A stretch of 64,000 nt of DNA, taken from NCBI GenBank assembly GCA_019233975.1, contig JAFALY010000033.1:16602-80601 (forward strand), in the 5' to 3' direction. Below, in pieces: positions 29,591 through 38,122 of the stretch. Source of the stretch: Alphaproteobacteria bacterium (GTDB lineage: Bacteria > Pseudomonadota > Alphaproteobacteria > UBA9219). The first letter of the stretch is position 1. Each line of letters begins with the position of its first letter. The notes under the pieces were generated by a model. That model searched no databases. It saw nothing but the letters and a program-made list of their open reading frames with translations, and was not told the DNA's origin. A program made the translations under genes and the position numbers.

Positions 29591-30424
29591 ATGCCTGCAA
29601 ATCTTCGTCCGCACATGCTTCGCCTGACTCTTGCCTGCGCCTTGGCCGCCTGTCTGGCCGCCTGCGCCGGCGATAAGGACAAGGATGAATTACCGCCCGA
29701 CGAAGTGGTCGAGTCGCTTTATAACAAGGCCGCCGATACTTTGGACAAAGGTGAATATACCGAGGCTGCCAAACAATTTGCCGAAGTCGAACGCCAGCAT
29801 CCCTACTCACAATGGGCGACAAAGGCGCAGGTTATGGAAGCGTTTTCCTATTATCAGAATACAGATTACGACGAGGCCGTTACCGCCCTGAACCAGTTCA
29901 TCGATCTGCATCCCGGTAACGCGGACGCAGCCTACGCCTATTACCTGCGGGCTCTGTGCAACTATGAACGGATCGCAGACGTCGAGCGCGACCAAGGCTT
30001 TGCCCATGATGCACTGAAGGGCATGCAGGAAGTCATCAGCCGCTTCCCGGACAGCAGCTATGCCAAGGACGCGGTTTTAAAAGTCGGTTTAATCAAGGAC
30101 CACATGGCCGGGCATGAAATGTCGGTTGGTCGCTGGTATCTAAGCCAGAAGCTGTATATCTCAGCCATCGGCCGCTTCCGCGAAGTCGTAGAGAAATACC
30201 AGACAACCAGCCACGTACCAGAGGCACTGGAACGGTTGGTCGAATCTTACCTTGCGCTGGGCATAACCAAGGAAGCGAAGGCCACCGCCGCCGTCCTGGG
30301 TTACAACTTCCCTGGCAGTGAGTGGTATGGCCATGCCTATGACCTGCTGGTTCAGAACAATTTAACGCCTGAAGCGCCGGATGATGAATCCTGGATCGGG
30401 CATATCTGGCATCAGGTGTTCTGA
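29591..30424 (+). CDS. bamD: Outer-membrane protein assembly factor BamD
   Basis: Lipobox 'LAACLAAC'. TPR-like 'LYNKAADTLDKGEYTEAAKQFAEVERQHPYSQWATKAQ'. Confidence 0.85.
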   Translation: MPANLRPHMLRLTLACALAACLAACAGDKDKDELPPDEVVESLYNKAADTLDKGEYTEAAKQFAEVERQHPYSQWATKAQVMEAFSYYQNTDYDEAVTALNQFIDLHPGNADAAYAYYLRALCNYERIADVERDQGFAHDALKGMQEVISRFPDSSYAKDAVLKVGLIKDHMAGHEMSVGRWYLSQKLYISAIGRFREVVEKYQTTSHVPEALERLVESYLALGITKEAKATAAVLGYNFPGSEWYGHAYDLLVQNNLTPEAPDDESWIGHIWHQVF

Positions 30425-30427
30425 CCC

Positions 30428-32101
30428 ATGCTGTCCCGCCTCGTCATCCATGATGTGGTGCTGATCGACAAACTGAACCTTACTTTGACCGAGGGGCTGA
30501 ACGTCTTTACCGGCGAAACGGGCGCGGGCAAGTCGATCCTGCTGGATGCGCTTGGGTTGGCACTCGGTGGACGCAGCGATGCAGCCCTGATCCGCGCAGG
30601 CGCCGATCAGGCCAATGTAAGCGCTGTTTTTGAGATAGAAAATCCGGCTTTACTAAAATTACTGGATACTGTCGCCGATGAGCACGGTTTGTCATTGGAG
30701 ACGCCCCTTATCCTGCGCCGCGTTGTAGGGCGCGACGGCAAAAGCCGCGCCTTCATCAACGACCAACCCGTGGGCATTGCCCTGCTCAAGCAAATCGGTG
30801 GTTACCTGCTGGAAATCCACGGTCAGTTCGATACGCATGGCCTATTGAACCCAGCAACGCATCGCGGCCTCCTCGACAACTTTGCCGGACTGGATGCGCA
30901 GGTAAAGAAACTTTCTGACACCTATCATGAATGGAAAGCAGCCGAAGCGGCATGGCAAGAGCAGCAGCAAAATCTGGAACGCGCCCGGGCCGAACAGGAT
31001 TTTCTGTCCGCCGCCGTCAATGAGCTGACTGACCTGGCCCCTGAAGCAGGCGAGGCCGATAAGTTAGCCGATCAACGATCACAGCTTCAGAACCGCGAAA
31101 AAATAACCGAAGCCCTGCTGTCGGCACAGCAAGCACTGAATAACGACCGTGGCGCGAGTGTTGCTTTGTCACAGGCGGGCAAAGCCATTGCGCGCCTGAC
31201 AGATAAGGCTCAAGGTTTGAATGAAATTCTGGCAGCCATTGACCGCGCCGCCGATGAAACCGCCGAAGCAGCACGCATGCTGGATCATTTTATGGCGTCA
31301 TTGGACGCCCGACCGGATGCACTGCAACGCATTGAAGAACGCCTGTTTGCCCTGCGTGCCATGGCGCGTAAACACGGCGTGCCGGTTGATGACCTTCCCG
31401 CGCTTTGTGAACAATTATCCGCCAAGATCGCCCTCCTCAGCGATAAAGGTGATACCATCGCGAAACTTGCGACACAAACCAAAGCCAAGCGTGAAGCCTA
31501 CATCACGCTGGCACAAAAACTGGGGGATGCACGGCGCAAGGCTGTCCCTAAACTGGAGAAAGCCATAGCGGCAGAACTACCGCCCTTAAAACTGGACCGC
31601 GCGCGCATCACCATGGAACTGCCCCCCCTGCCCGAAGATCAATGGTCCGCAGAAGGCATGGAGCGCGCCACATTTCTGGCTGCCACAAATCCCGGCGCAC
31701 CCTTTGGTCCATTACATAAGGTGGCGTCTGGTGGCGAGTTGTCACGATTTATGCTGGCACTCAAGGTTGTTCTGTCTGCCAATGATGTGATCGGCACTTT
31801 GGTGTTCGACGAAGTCGATGCCGGCATCGGCGGCTCTACGGCTTCTGCTGTCGGTGAACGGCTGGCACGTCTGGCTGAAACAAAACAAATCCTTGTTGTC
31901 ACACACAGCCCGCAGGTGGCCGCGCGCGGCGCCACGCATATGCGCGTGTCAAAAACTCTTACCAAGGGCAAAACCCTGACAACCGTTGATACATTGGACC
32001 AAAACGAACGTCAGGAAGAGATCGCCCGCATGTTAGCAGGTGCACAAATAACCGATGCGGCACGCAACGCCGCAGCCAGCCTGATTGCGGATGCCAGTTA
32101 A
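30428..32101 (+). CDS. recN: DNA repair protein RecN
   Basis: 'LNVFTGETGAGKSILLDAL' (Walker A), a long coiled-coil, and 'GGELSRFMLALKV' / 'LVFDEVDAGIGG'. Confidence 0.95.
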   Translation: MLSRLVIHDVVLIDKLNLTLTEGLNVFTGETGAGKSILLDALGLALGGRSDAALIRAGADQANVSAVFEIENPALLKLLDTVADEHGLSLETPLILRRVVGRDGKSRAFINDQPVGIALLKQIGGYLLEIHGQFDTHGLLNPATHRGLLDNFAGLDAQVKKLSDTYHEWKAAEAAWQEQQQNLERARAEQDFLSAAVNELTDLAPEAGEADKLADQRSQLQNREKITEALLSAQQALNNDRGASVALSQAGKAIARLTDKAQGLNEILAAIDRAADETAEAARMLDHFMASLDARPDALQRIEERLFALRAMARKHGVPVDDLPALCEQLSAKIALLSDKGDTIAKLATQTKAKREAYITLAQKLGDARRKAVPKLEKAIAAELPPLKLDRARITMELPPLPEDQWSAEGMERATFLAATNPGAPFGPLHKVASGGELSRFMLALKVVLSANDVIGTLVFDEVDAGIGGSTASAVGERLARLAETKQILVVTHSPQVAARGATHMRVSKTLTKGKTLTTVDTLDQNERQEEIARMLAGAQITDAARNAAASLIADAS

Positions 32102-32186
32102 CCAACCATGAAACTATTAGACAGTCCCTGCATCCGCTTCCTATAGTGCGTGCATTACAGGATCAGTATTTTGGTTGTGTTTTGTT

Positions 32187-32660
32187 ATGATTGCAGCGAA
32201 CGATAATTGGGACAAGGTATCCAGCAAGCCATCACGGTTTGCGCAGGAATGCCAGATAACCAATGGGCGATGGTTGAACTCCGGCCACTATGTCGGCAAG
32301 TATCGCATCGCATCTATCAGTTACATGCTGACACAAAACGTTACGTCGACCATCGTCAACGGCGTTGTCGGATACAAACTCTTTTCTATAGCCGCCGCCT
32401 CTTTACTATCACCTGTCGGTATTGTTGCAGCCATAGCGTTGGCCGCGATCACCACCTGCGCCATGGTCAATGGCTGGCATGCGATCAAAAGCTTCAAGCG
32501 CTGGGGTATGCCAACCGGACATCTTGGGACGTTGAAAGCGGCAACAAAGTATGCGGATGGGCAGTTAGTTATGTCGCCGCTTGTCGGTATCGCTCATGGC
32601 CTGTGGTATTCGGCACCGGCAAGCTTGATCAAACTGCCCTTCGCCATGTTCGCGAAATAA
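32187..32660 (+). CDS. Hypothetical membrane protein (orphan)
   Basis: The ATG at 32187 lies in ORF 32175..32660. Hydrophobic stretches 'LFSIAAASLLSPVGIVAAIALAAITTCAMV' and 'LVMSPLVGIAHGLWY'. No Shine-Dalgarno and no recognisable family. Confidence 0.4.
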   Translation: MIAANDNWDKVSSKPSRFAQECQITNGRWLNSGHYVGKYRIASISYMLTQNVTSTIVNGVVGYKLFSIAAASLLSPVGIVAAIALAAITTCAMVNGWHAIKSFKRWGMPTGHLGTLKAATKYADGQLVMSPLVGIAHGLWYSAPASLIKLPFAMFAK

Positions 32661-32676
32661 GTGCGCTAGTCGCACC

Positions 32677-34497
32677 TCAGCTATCCAGCCAATCGCCGCC
32701 GCTCTCGCCATCAGTCGCCACTTCTGCACCAATGTCCGTATCCGCAACCGGTGTTGGTGACTGCGCCTGCTCACGCAGAGAAATCAGCTTGGCCGTCGGG
32801 AAATTCAGCAAGACCGCTTGCGCCAAGGGATGTGACAGAGCGTGGTCGGTTCGTTTCTTTTCAGTCTGCATTTGCTGATCGCGCAAACTGGTTTCGCCTG
32901 CGCGGTCTGACAACGTTACCATCCATTGCCGCCCCGTCCATTGCGACAGGCATTGGCTGACACGGCTGATAAAGTTCGCAGGCGCATCTGCGCCAACCTT
33001 TATTTCCAATATGCCGGGTGCGTAGCGTATCAACTGCGCGTTGTTATAAAGCTGCGCATGCAATGCCGCTTCGCGGTGCGTGTCGAACAAGGTGACCAGA
33101 TCCTTATAACTGGCCGGCACATTCTGTGAAACTGGCGCCTCAGCAATGGCCTGACGCGCAACAGCTTGCACAACTTCGCCGCCGCCCAATGCAGCCCGCG
33201 CACGCGGTATGCCGCCAGAACCACCACCGGCAGGTACCGCACCCGCAAACGCGCCAGAGGCCGCAGCATCACGCACCTGCTTAATCAAGTCTGCAGGCAA
33301 CGGCAAATCCGCCGCATAGGCAAGGCGGATCAACACCATTTCGGCAGCCTGAGCCGGATGTGGGGCCAGTTGCACTTCGCCGATACCCTTCAATAATATC
33401 TGCCACGCGCGAGTCAGTGCGGGCACCTTGACGTCCGACGCATCAACCAGCAACTGCCTGTCATATTCAGGCAGGGCAGCCGATTGCGCAAAATCCTGAA
33501 TAACCTGTCCGCGCGTCAACAAATGCACAAGGTCGCACATATCCTGCAAGACTTGCACAGGGTCAGAGCCCGCCTGCTGCATCCCGTGAAAAATTTCCAG
33601 CGCGTCACTAACCTGTCCGCGCAATAAATGACGACACAAGGCAATGCTGTGCCCACGGTCGGCAAGCCCCAGCATGTCTTTCACATCGGCGGTGGTGATC
33701 GTGCCGTTACCGCGCGCAATGGCCTGATCCAGCAAGCTCAGCCCATCGCGGGCGGAACCGTCCGCTGCCTGCGCGATCAGCTTAATCGCTTCCTGTTCTG
33801 CCGTGACTTTTTCCCAACCGGCCACTTCCATAAAGAACTGCGCCAGACGTTCGCTTTCGATACGACGCAGATCAAAGCGTTGGCAACGCGACAGCACGGT
33901 CACCGGAACCTTGCGGATTTCCGTTGTGGCAAAGATAAATTTTGTGTGCGGCGGCGGTTCTTCCAACGTTTTCAAAAGCGCGTTGAACGCGTTCTTTGAC
34001 AACATATGCACTTCGTCGAGAATGTAGATTTTATAACGCGCCGATACGGGGCCGTAACGCACGCCGTCGATAATATCGCGAATATCGTCAACGGATGTGC
34101 GCGACGCGGCGTCCATTTCCAAAACATCGACATGGCGATCTTCGGCAATCGATTTACATGAATCGCATTGGCCACAGGGATGAATGGTCGGCCCACCCTT
34201 GCCATCCGTCCCGGTGCAGTTCAATGCGCGCGCAATGATACGCGCCGTTGTCGTCTTGCCGATGCCGCGCACCCCTGTCAGCATCCACGCGTGCGGCAGA
34301 CGCCCAGCCTCAATAGCGTTGGTGAGGGTTTTCACCATCGCTTCCTGACCGATCACCTGCTCAAACGTCACCGGGCGGTATTTACGTGCCAAAACACGAT
34401 AGGCCGGCCCCTTGTTCTGTACAGGCGCCATATCGGCCCAAAAGCCACCCTGATTTTCGTCAGTTGATATTTCTGGGGATGCAAAAAGTTCGGCCAT
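32677..34497 (-). CDS. dnaX: DNA polymerase III subunit gamma/tau
   Basis: 'YRVLARKYRPVTFEQVIGQE', 'LTGVRGIGKTTTARI', Zn module 'CGQCDSCKSI', 'KIYILDEVHMLS'. Confidence 0.95.
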   Translation of the reverse strand: MAELFASPEISTDENQGGFWADMAPVQNKGPAYRVLARKYRPVTFEQVIGQEAMVKTLTNAIEAGRLPHAWMLTGVRGIGKTTTARIIARALNCTGTDGKGGPTIHPCGQCDSCKSIAEDRHVDVLEMDAASRTSVDDIRDIIDGVRYGPVSARYKIYILDEVHMLSKNAFNALLKTLEEPPPHTKFIFATTEIRKVPVTVLSRCQRFDLRRIESERLAQFFMEVAGWEKVTAEQEAIKLIAQAADGSARDGLSLLDQAIARGNGTITTADVKDMLGLADRGHSIALCRHLLRGQVSDALEIFHGMQQAGSDPVQVLQDMCDLVHLLTRGQVIQDFAQSAALPEYDRQLLVDASDVKVPALTRAWQILLKGIGEVQLAPHPAQAAEMVLIRLAYAADLPLPADLIKQVRDAAASGAFAGAVPAGGGSGGIPRARAALGGGEVVQAVARQAIAEAPVSQNVPASYKDLVTLFDTHREAALHAQLYNNAQLIRYAPGILEIKVGADAPANFISRVSQCLSQWTGRQWMVTLSDRAGETSLRDQQMQTEKKRTDHALSHPLAQAVLLNFPTAKLISLREQAQSPTPVADTDIGAEVATDGESGGDWLDS

Positions 34498-34506
34498 TTT
34501 TATCTC

Positions 34507-35436
34507 TCATACCAACGGTATTGTATCGGAGGTTTCGTATTGCGGCAGAAAGTCGCGTGACAACGTTCGCCTTTGCGCTTCTGTTAACTGCCAGCCGCAG
34601 GCGCCGCATATTTCCGCCAGATGGTCAGCCTTGGACGATTTCACAAGGGCGACAGTCTGGGGTTGTGCGAACAGCCAGTTCAGCGCCACCTGAATATTGC
34701 TTTTGCCGGTTTCGGCAGCGACCTGATCCAGCACAGGGTACGCGCCGGGTTCCCACGCATTCTTTAACCCAGTACCGGGGACAGCCTTGCGGTTTGCGAA
34801 GCGTATAGGTCGCCACGCAACGATAAAATAATCACGTTCCTGAGCATGCTTCAGCATGCCCACAGTTTCCGGCTCCCGGAATGCAAGGTTATAGTGCACC
34901 TGATTAGCGACAATCGGGGTTTGCAAATACTCCCGCAGCCGATCAATGCGGTCGGGATGAAAATTGCTGACAGCAATGTGCTTAATCAGTCCATCGGCAA
35001 CGGCAACATTCAGCGCACGCGCCGTTTCCTGCAGCGGCACATCCAGATTAGGTGCATGCAGGTAGTAAATGTCCAGATAGGGTGTCTTGAGGCGCTCCAG
35101 ACTTGCTTTCAGTGAGGACAGCAGCGCGTCGTAGTTATGATTTTTGGGCCCCACCTTGCTGGCCAGCACCAAATCCTCACGACGATAGGGACGAATGGCG
35201 TCCGCGACGATTGTTTCGGAAAATCCTGCCGCGTAAACCTCAGCCGTATCTATGTGCCGAAACCCAAGCTCGATACCTTGTTGTAGCGCCTTCACTTCTG
35301 CCGCCATATTGGCGTTGGGGTCATGCGCGTGATCGCCCCCCATCATCCATGTACCAAGTCCCAAAACCGGCAATGCAAACCCGGTCTTTAGTCTTTTTTC
35401 GGGGATGGTATGCGCGGCCATGAATGCCTCAAACAT
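34507..35436 (-). CDS. Aldo/keto reductase
   Basis: 'LPVLGLGTWMMGG', 'RHIDTAEVYAAG', 'LDIYYLHAP'. Confidence 0.85.
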   Translation of the reverse strand: MFEAFMAAHTIPEKRLKTGFALPVLGLGTWMMGGDHAHDPNANMAAEVKALQQGIELGFRHIDTAEVYAAGFSETIVADAIRPYRREDLVLASKVGPKNHNYDALLSSLKASLERLKTPYLDIYYLHAPNLDVPLQETARALNVAVADGLIKHIAVSNFHPDRIDRLREYLQTPIVANQVHYNLAFREPETVGMLKHAQERDYFIVAWRPIRFANRKAVPGTGLKNAWEPGAYPVLDQVAAETGKSNIQVALNWLFAQPQTVALVKSSKADHLAEICGACGWQLTEAQRRTLSRDFLPQYETSDTIPLV

Positions 35437-35454
35437 GATAGGTCTATATATGGG

Positions 35455-35553
35455 GTGGGAGATTGAACGGCGACCCGGATCGAAACGTGTTACGGCTGCT
35501 TCCTTTCGGACCTGACCGGGTTGGCACGGGATTCGCCCGCCGCCAACCTCCCG
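35455..35553 (-). ncRNA. ffs: Signal recognition particle RNA (4.5S RNA)
   Basis: The minus strand reads ...GGGAGGUUGGCGGC...CCCGGUCAGGUCCGAAAGGAAGCAGCCGUAAC...GCCGUUCAAUCUCCCACCCC. This contains the conserved domain IV motif GGUCAGGUCC-GNRA-GGAAGCAGCC, with 5'/3' ends that pair (GGGAG/CUCCC). The ends are approximate to +/-5 nt. Confidence 0.9.
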
Positions 35554-35623
35554 CCTCTTTATAGCAAAGATTTCAGGCGGTGCATGGGTATTTTTTACTT
35601 AATTTACTGGCCTTTATAGGCAC

Positions 35624-36394
35624 TTACGCCATAGCCACTTCGGCTACAGCCCGCGTCGCAGCGTGGTAATATTCGGCCAGCCTCTGCCGCGCTCGCGGCA
35701 AATCACCCGGCGTCGCGATCAATAACCGGCTATGCGGATGGGCAAAGACGTGGCGAGAGAGGAAATGCCCTGTCATCTCCAGCCCCTGACGCACTGCATC
35801 AGCATCCCATAGGGCCGAGCCCAGCAAAAAGGACGGGATCGGAAACAGGCGGTCATGATAGCTGCGGCCCGCCTCGAGGGAGACCGCGCGACCACTGCGC
35901 GGGCTGACATAGGCCAGATTTTCAGTTTCGCCTGTTACACAGCATTTGCTGATATCAAGACCGTAACCGAGCGCCCGTAAAATCTCCATTTCCCATTTCA
36001 CATAGGCAACGCCCCATAGGTCGGGGTCCGTCAGTTGAAACAATGCCTGCAACCCCGCAAAAATACCGGGCATCGGCTGGCGTTCGGGCAGGCTGGCCTC
36101 CGTCACCGCACAAGCACTGGCGATAACTGACAACACCTCCGGCACATCAAACCAGCGCGCCGTATGGTTAGCCATGAGGTCGAGCGTATAGTGCCCCAGA
36201 TGTTCCGACAAACGCGCGCGCCATTTGGCCTGCACAACATTGCCAGGCTGCAACAATGGCTGCGCACGCACACCCTGTCCGCCGGACACCAGCCCCGCAT
36301 GCCGTCCATGCGTAGCCGTCAGCAAAGTCACAACCGCGGCGTTTTCACCATGCGGGCGTGCAGACAAAACAAGGGCTTCATCAATCCATTCCAT
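35624..36394 (-). CDS. recO: DNA repair protein RecO
   Basis: 'MEWIDEALVLSARPHGENAAVVTLLTATHGRHAGLV' OB-fold N-terminus; about 250 aa. Confidence 0.85.
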   Translation of the reverse strand: MEWIDEALVLSARPHGENAAVVTLLTATHGRHAGLVSGGQGVRAQPLLQPGNVVQAKWRARLSEHLGHYTLDLMANHTARWFDVPEVLSVIASACAVTEASLPERQPMPGIFAGLQALFQLTDPDLWGVAYVKWEMEILRALGYGLDISKCCVTGETENLAYVSPRSGRAVSLEAGRSYHDRLFPIPSFLLGSALWDADAVRQGLEMTGHFLSRHVFAHPHSRLLIATPGDLPRARQRLAEYYHAATRAVAEVAMA

Positions 36395-36460
36395 ACAGAC
36401 ATCCTAGCCATTCGGGCGCGACTACGGTATATCTGATTCACGTGAAAGGCGCGATTTTCC

Positions 36461-38122
36461 ATGACTGTTGCAATCGACTACGACATTGGCAAAAACCCGG
36501 AAACGGTCCAGAAGGTCTTTGGCCTGCAGGTCGCCATTTTTAACTGGATCAAGGCGTTTTTTCGCTACGGATCACAGGAAAAGATCTATTTCCTGATCGA
36601 TGACGTCAATGCATGGGGCAATGTTCAGAAACTGGCCGAAGAAGTCGGCCTGCCCCAAGACCGGTTGGCCGCCTTTGACCGCCGCTTTGTGCAACAGAAT
36701 TATCAACACATAACAACCGTGTTTCGCGCTGACCCATCGGCGCAGCAAATCCTGTGGCGACGTGAGTCCGTTCCGGGGCCCGGATACAATTTCTGCGGTC
36801 TCGCGCATGCCATCAGCGGCCTGGAAACCGGTGCGTTGCTGGAGCAATATTGTCTGGCCCCAACCGAGCCCACCGATGCCATCGTTGCACCTTCACGGGC
36901 AGTACAGGCGTCTATCCGTTCATTCCTTGATATCTATAGCGATTATATCCGGCGGCGGTTTAAGTGCGATTATCAATGCCCGATACAGTTGCCTATCATT
37001 CCACTCGGCACCGATATCGCCAAGTTCGAGTCCAAAGTGACGCCTGAAAAACGCAAGGATTATCGCGCCAAGCTGGGCATTGGTGAAGACGATATCGTCC
37101 TGTTATGGGTGGGTCGCCTGAGCCATGCGATCAAGGCACACCCTCTGCCCATGTTTCAGGCGGCAGAGCGTGCGGCTGAACTGACCGGCGCCAATGTGCA
37201 TTTGCTGATGAATGGCTATTTCGCCATGGAAGTGGATGAACCTCACTTTAAAAATCTGGCCGCCGATATTTGCCGTAAAGCCAAGGTGACCTTTATCCCC
37301 AATCTGGACGAACGCTTTCCCGATGGCGTATGGGCGGCGGGCGACATTTTCCTGTCACTCATCGACAATATGCAGGAAAGTTTTGGCCTGACGCCGATTG
37401 AAGCGATGGCCGCCGGCCTGCCGCGTGTTATCAGTGATTGGGACGGTTATCGTGACAGCGTACATCACGGCGTTGACGGCTTTCTGGTACCCACACGCCA
37501 ACCCCCGCCGGGAACGGGCGGCGCACTGGCTGACTTGCTGTTAACCGGCATTGACCAATATGGCGGCTATCTGGCGAAGACCGCCCTGTCTGTTTCCATC
37601 GATCAGGAAGCCGCCGCGCAGTGCATTGCGCAGTTGATACGTGACAAAAACCTGCGCGCAAGCATGGCCGAGAAAGCCCGCGCCCGCGCTCGTGCCACTT
37701 ATGATTGGAAGCACATCATTCCGGCCTATGAAGCCTTCTGGCACGAAATGGCAATGAAACGTCGGGCCGATATGGCCAGTCGCCCGCGTGCCGTGTGGCC
37801 TGCCATTCCACCGCAGGCCCCCGACCCCTACACCATGTATGCGGCCTATCCGACACAGCCGTTTAAGGAAACGGATATCGTCCGCGTTATTGTCGATGCG
37901 GCAACCATCAAACGTCTGTGGTCGCATGAAATCAATGTATTCGGCATGGATATGATGATCCCGCCGGACGAAGCCACAAAGCTGATCAGCTATGTCTCGG
38001 CCCATGGGCCGTTGACGATCGGGTCATTGCTCGCCGCCATGCCGCAATATGACCGGCCACAGTTGTGGCGCACGCTCGGCTGGCTTATCAAGCTGGGCAT
38101 TGTCGGTGCGAGCTATACTTGA
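36461..38122 (+). CDS. Glycosyltransferase (GT-B, family 4-like) with a C-terminal extension of about 130 aa
   Basis: 'LLWVGRLSHAIKAHP' and E-x7-E region 'ESFGLTPIEAMAAGLPRVISDWDGY'. The tail 'PLTIGSLLAAMPQYDRPQLWRTLGWLIKLGIV' is not part of the GT fold. Confidence 0.8.
   Translation: MTVAIDYDIGKNPETVQKVFGLQVAIFNWIKAFFRYGSQEKIYFLIDDVNAWGNVQKLAEEVGLPQDRLAAFDRRFVQQNYQHITTVFRADPSAQQILWRRESVPGPGYNFCGLAHAISGLETGALLEQYCLAPTEPTDAIVAPSRAVQASIRSFLDIYSDYIRRRFKCDYQCPIQLPIIPLGTDIAKFESKVTPEKRKDYRAKLGIGEDDIVLLWVGRLSHAIKAHPLPMFQAAERAAELTGANVHLLMNGYFAMEVDEPHFKNLAADICRKAKVTFIPNLDERFPDGVWAAGDIFLSLIDNMQESFGLTPIEAMAAGLPRVISDWDGYRDSVHHGVDGFLVPTRQPPPGTGGALADLLLTGIDQYGGYLAKTALSVSIDQEAAAQCIAQLIRDKNLRASMAEKARARARATYDWKHIIPAYEAFWHEMAMKRRADMASRPRAVWPAIPPQAPDPYTMYAAYPTQPFKETDIVRVIVDAATIKRLWSHEINVFGMDMMIPPDEATKLISYVSAHGPLTIGSLLAAMPQYDRPQLWRTLGWLIKLGIVGASYT

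Noticed and set aside
29445-29822. 125-aa Arg/Pro-rich ORF on the minus strand overlapping the bamD start.
   Set aside because: It is the antisense of the repetitive signal-peptide coding sequence (LAACLAAC). It is low-complexity with no start context.
30340-30430. Searched for a GTTC-N7-GTTC SOS box upstream of recN.
   Set aside because: Only isolated GTTC half-sites are present (GTTCAGAACAATTTA, GTTCTGACCCATGCT), with no second half-site at the correct spacing. recN starts 4 nt after the bamD stop.
32207-32878. 223-aa ORF overlapping the orphan ORF at 32187..32660 and the 3' end of dnaX.
   Set aside because: The translation is Arg/Cys/Ser-rich and lacks structure. It overlaps the dnaX coding end. 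The alternative frame has plausible TM segments.
33800-33816. Possible dnaX programmed -1 frameshift site (run GGGAAAAAG on the coding strand).
   Set aside because: In frame it reads G GAA AAA GTC, which is not an X XXY YYZ slippery heptamer. It lies at about codon 229, far upstream of where gamma/tau frameshifting occurs in E. coli. No downstream hairpin was noted.
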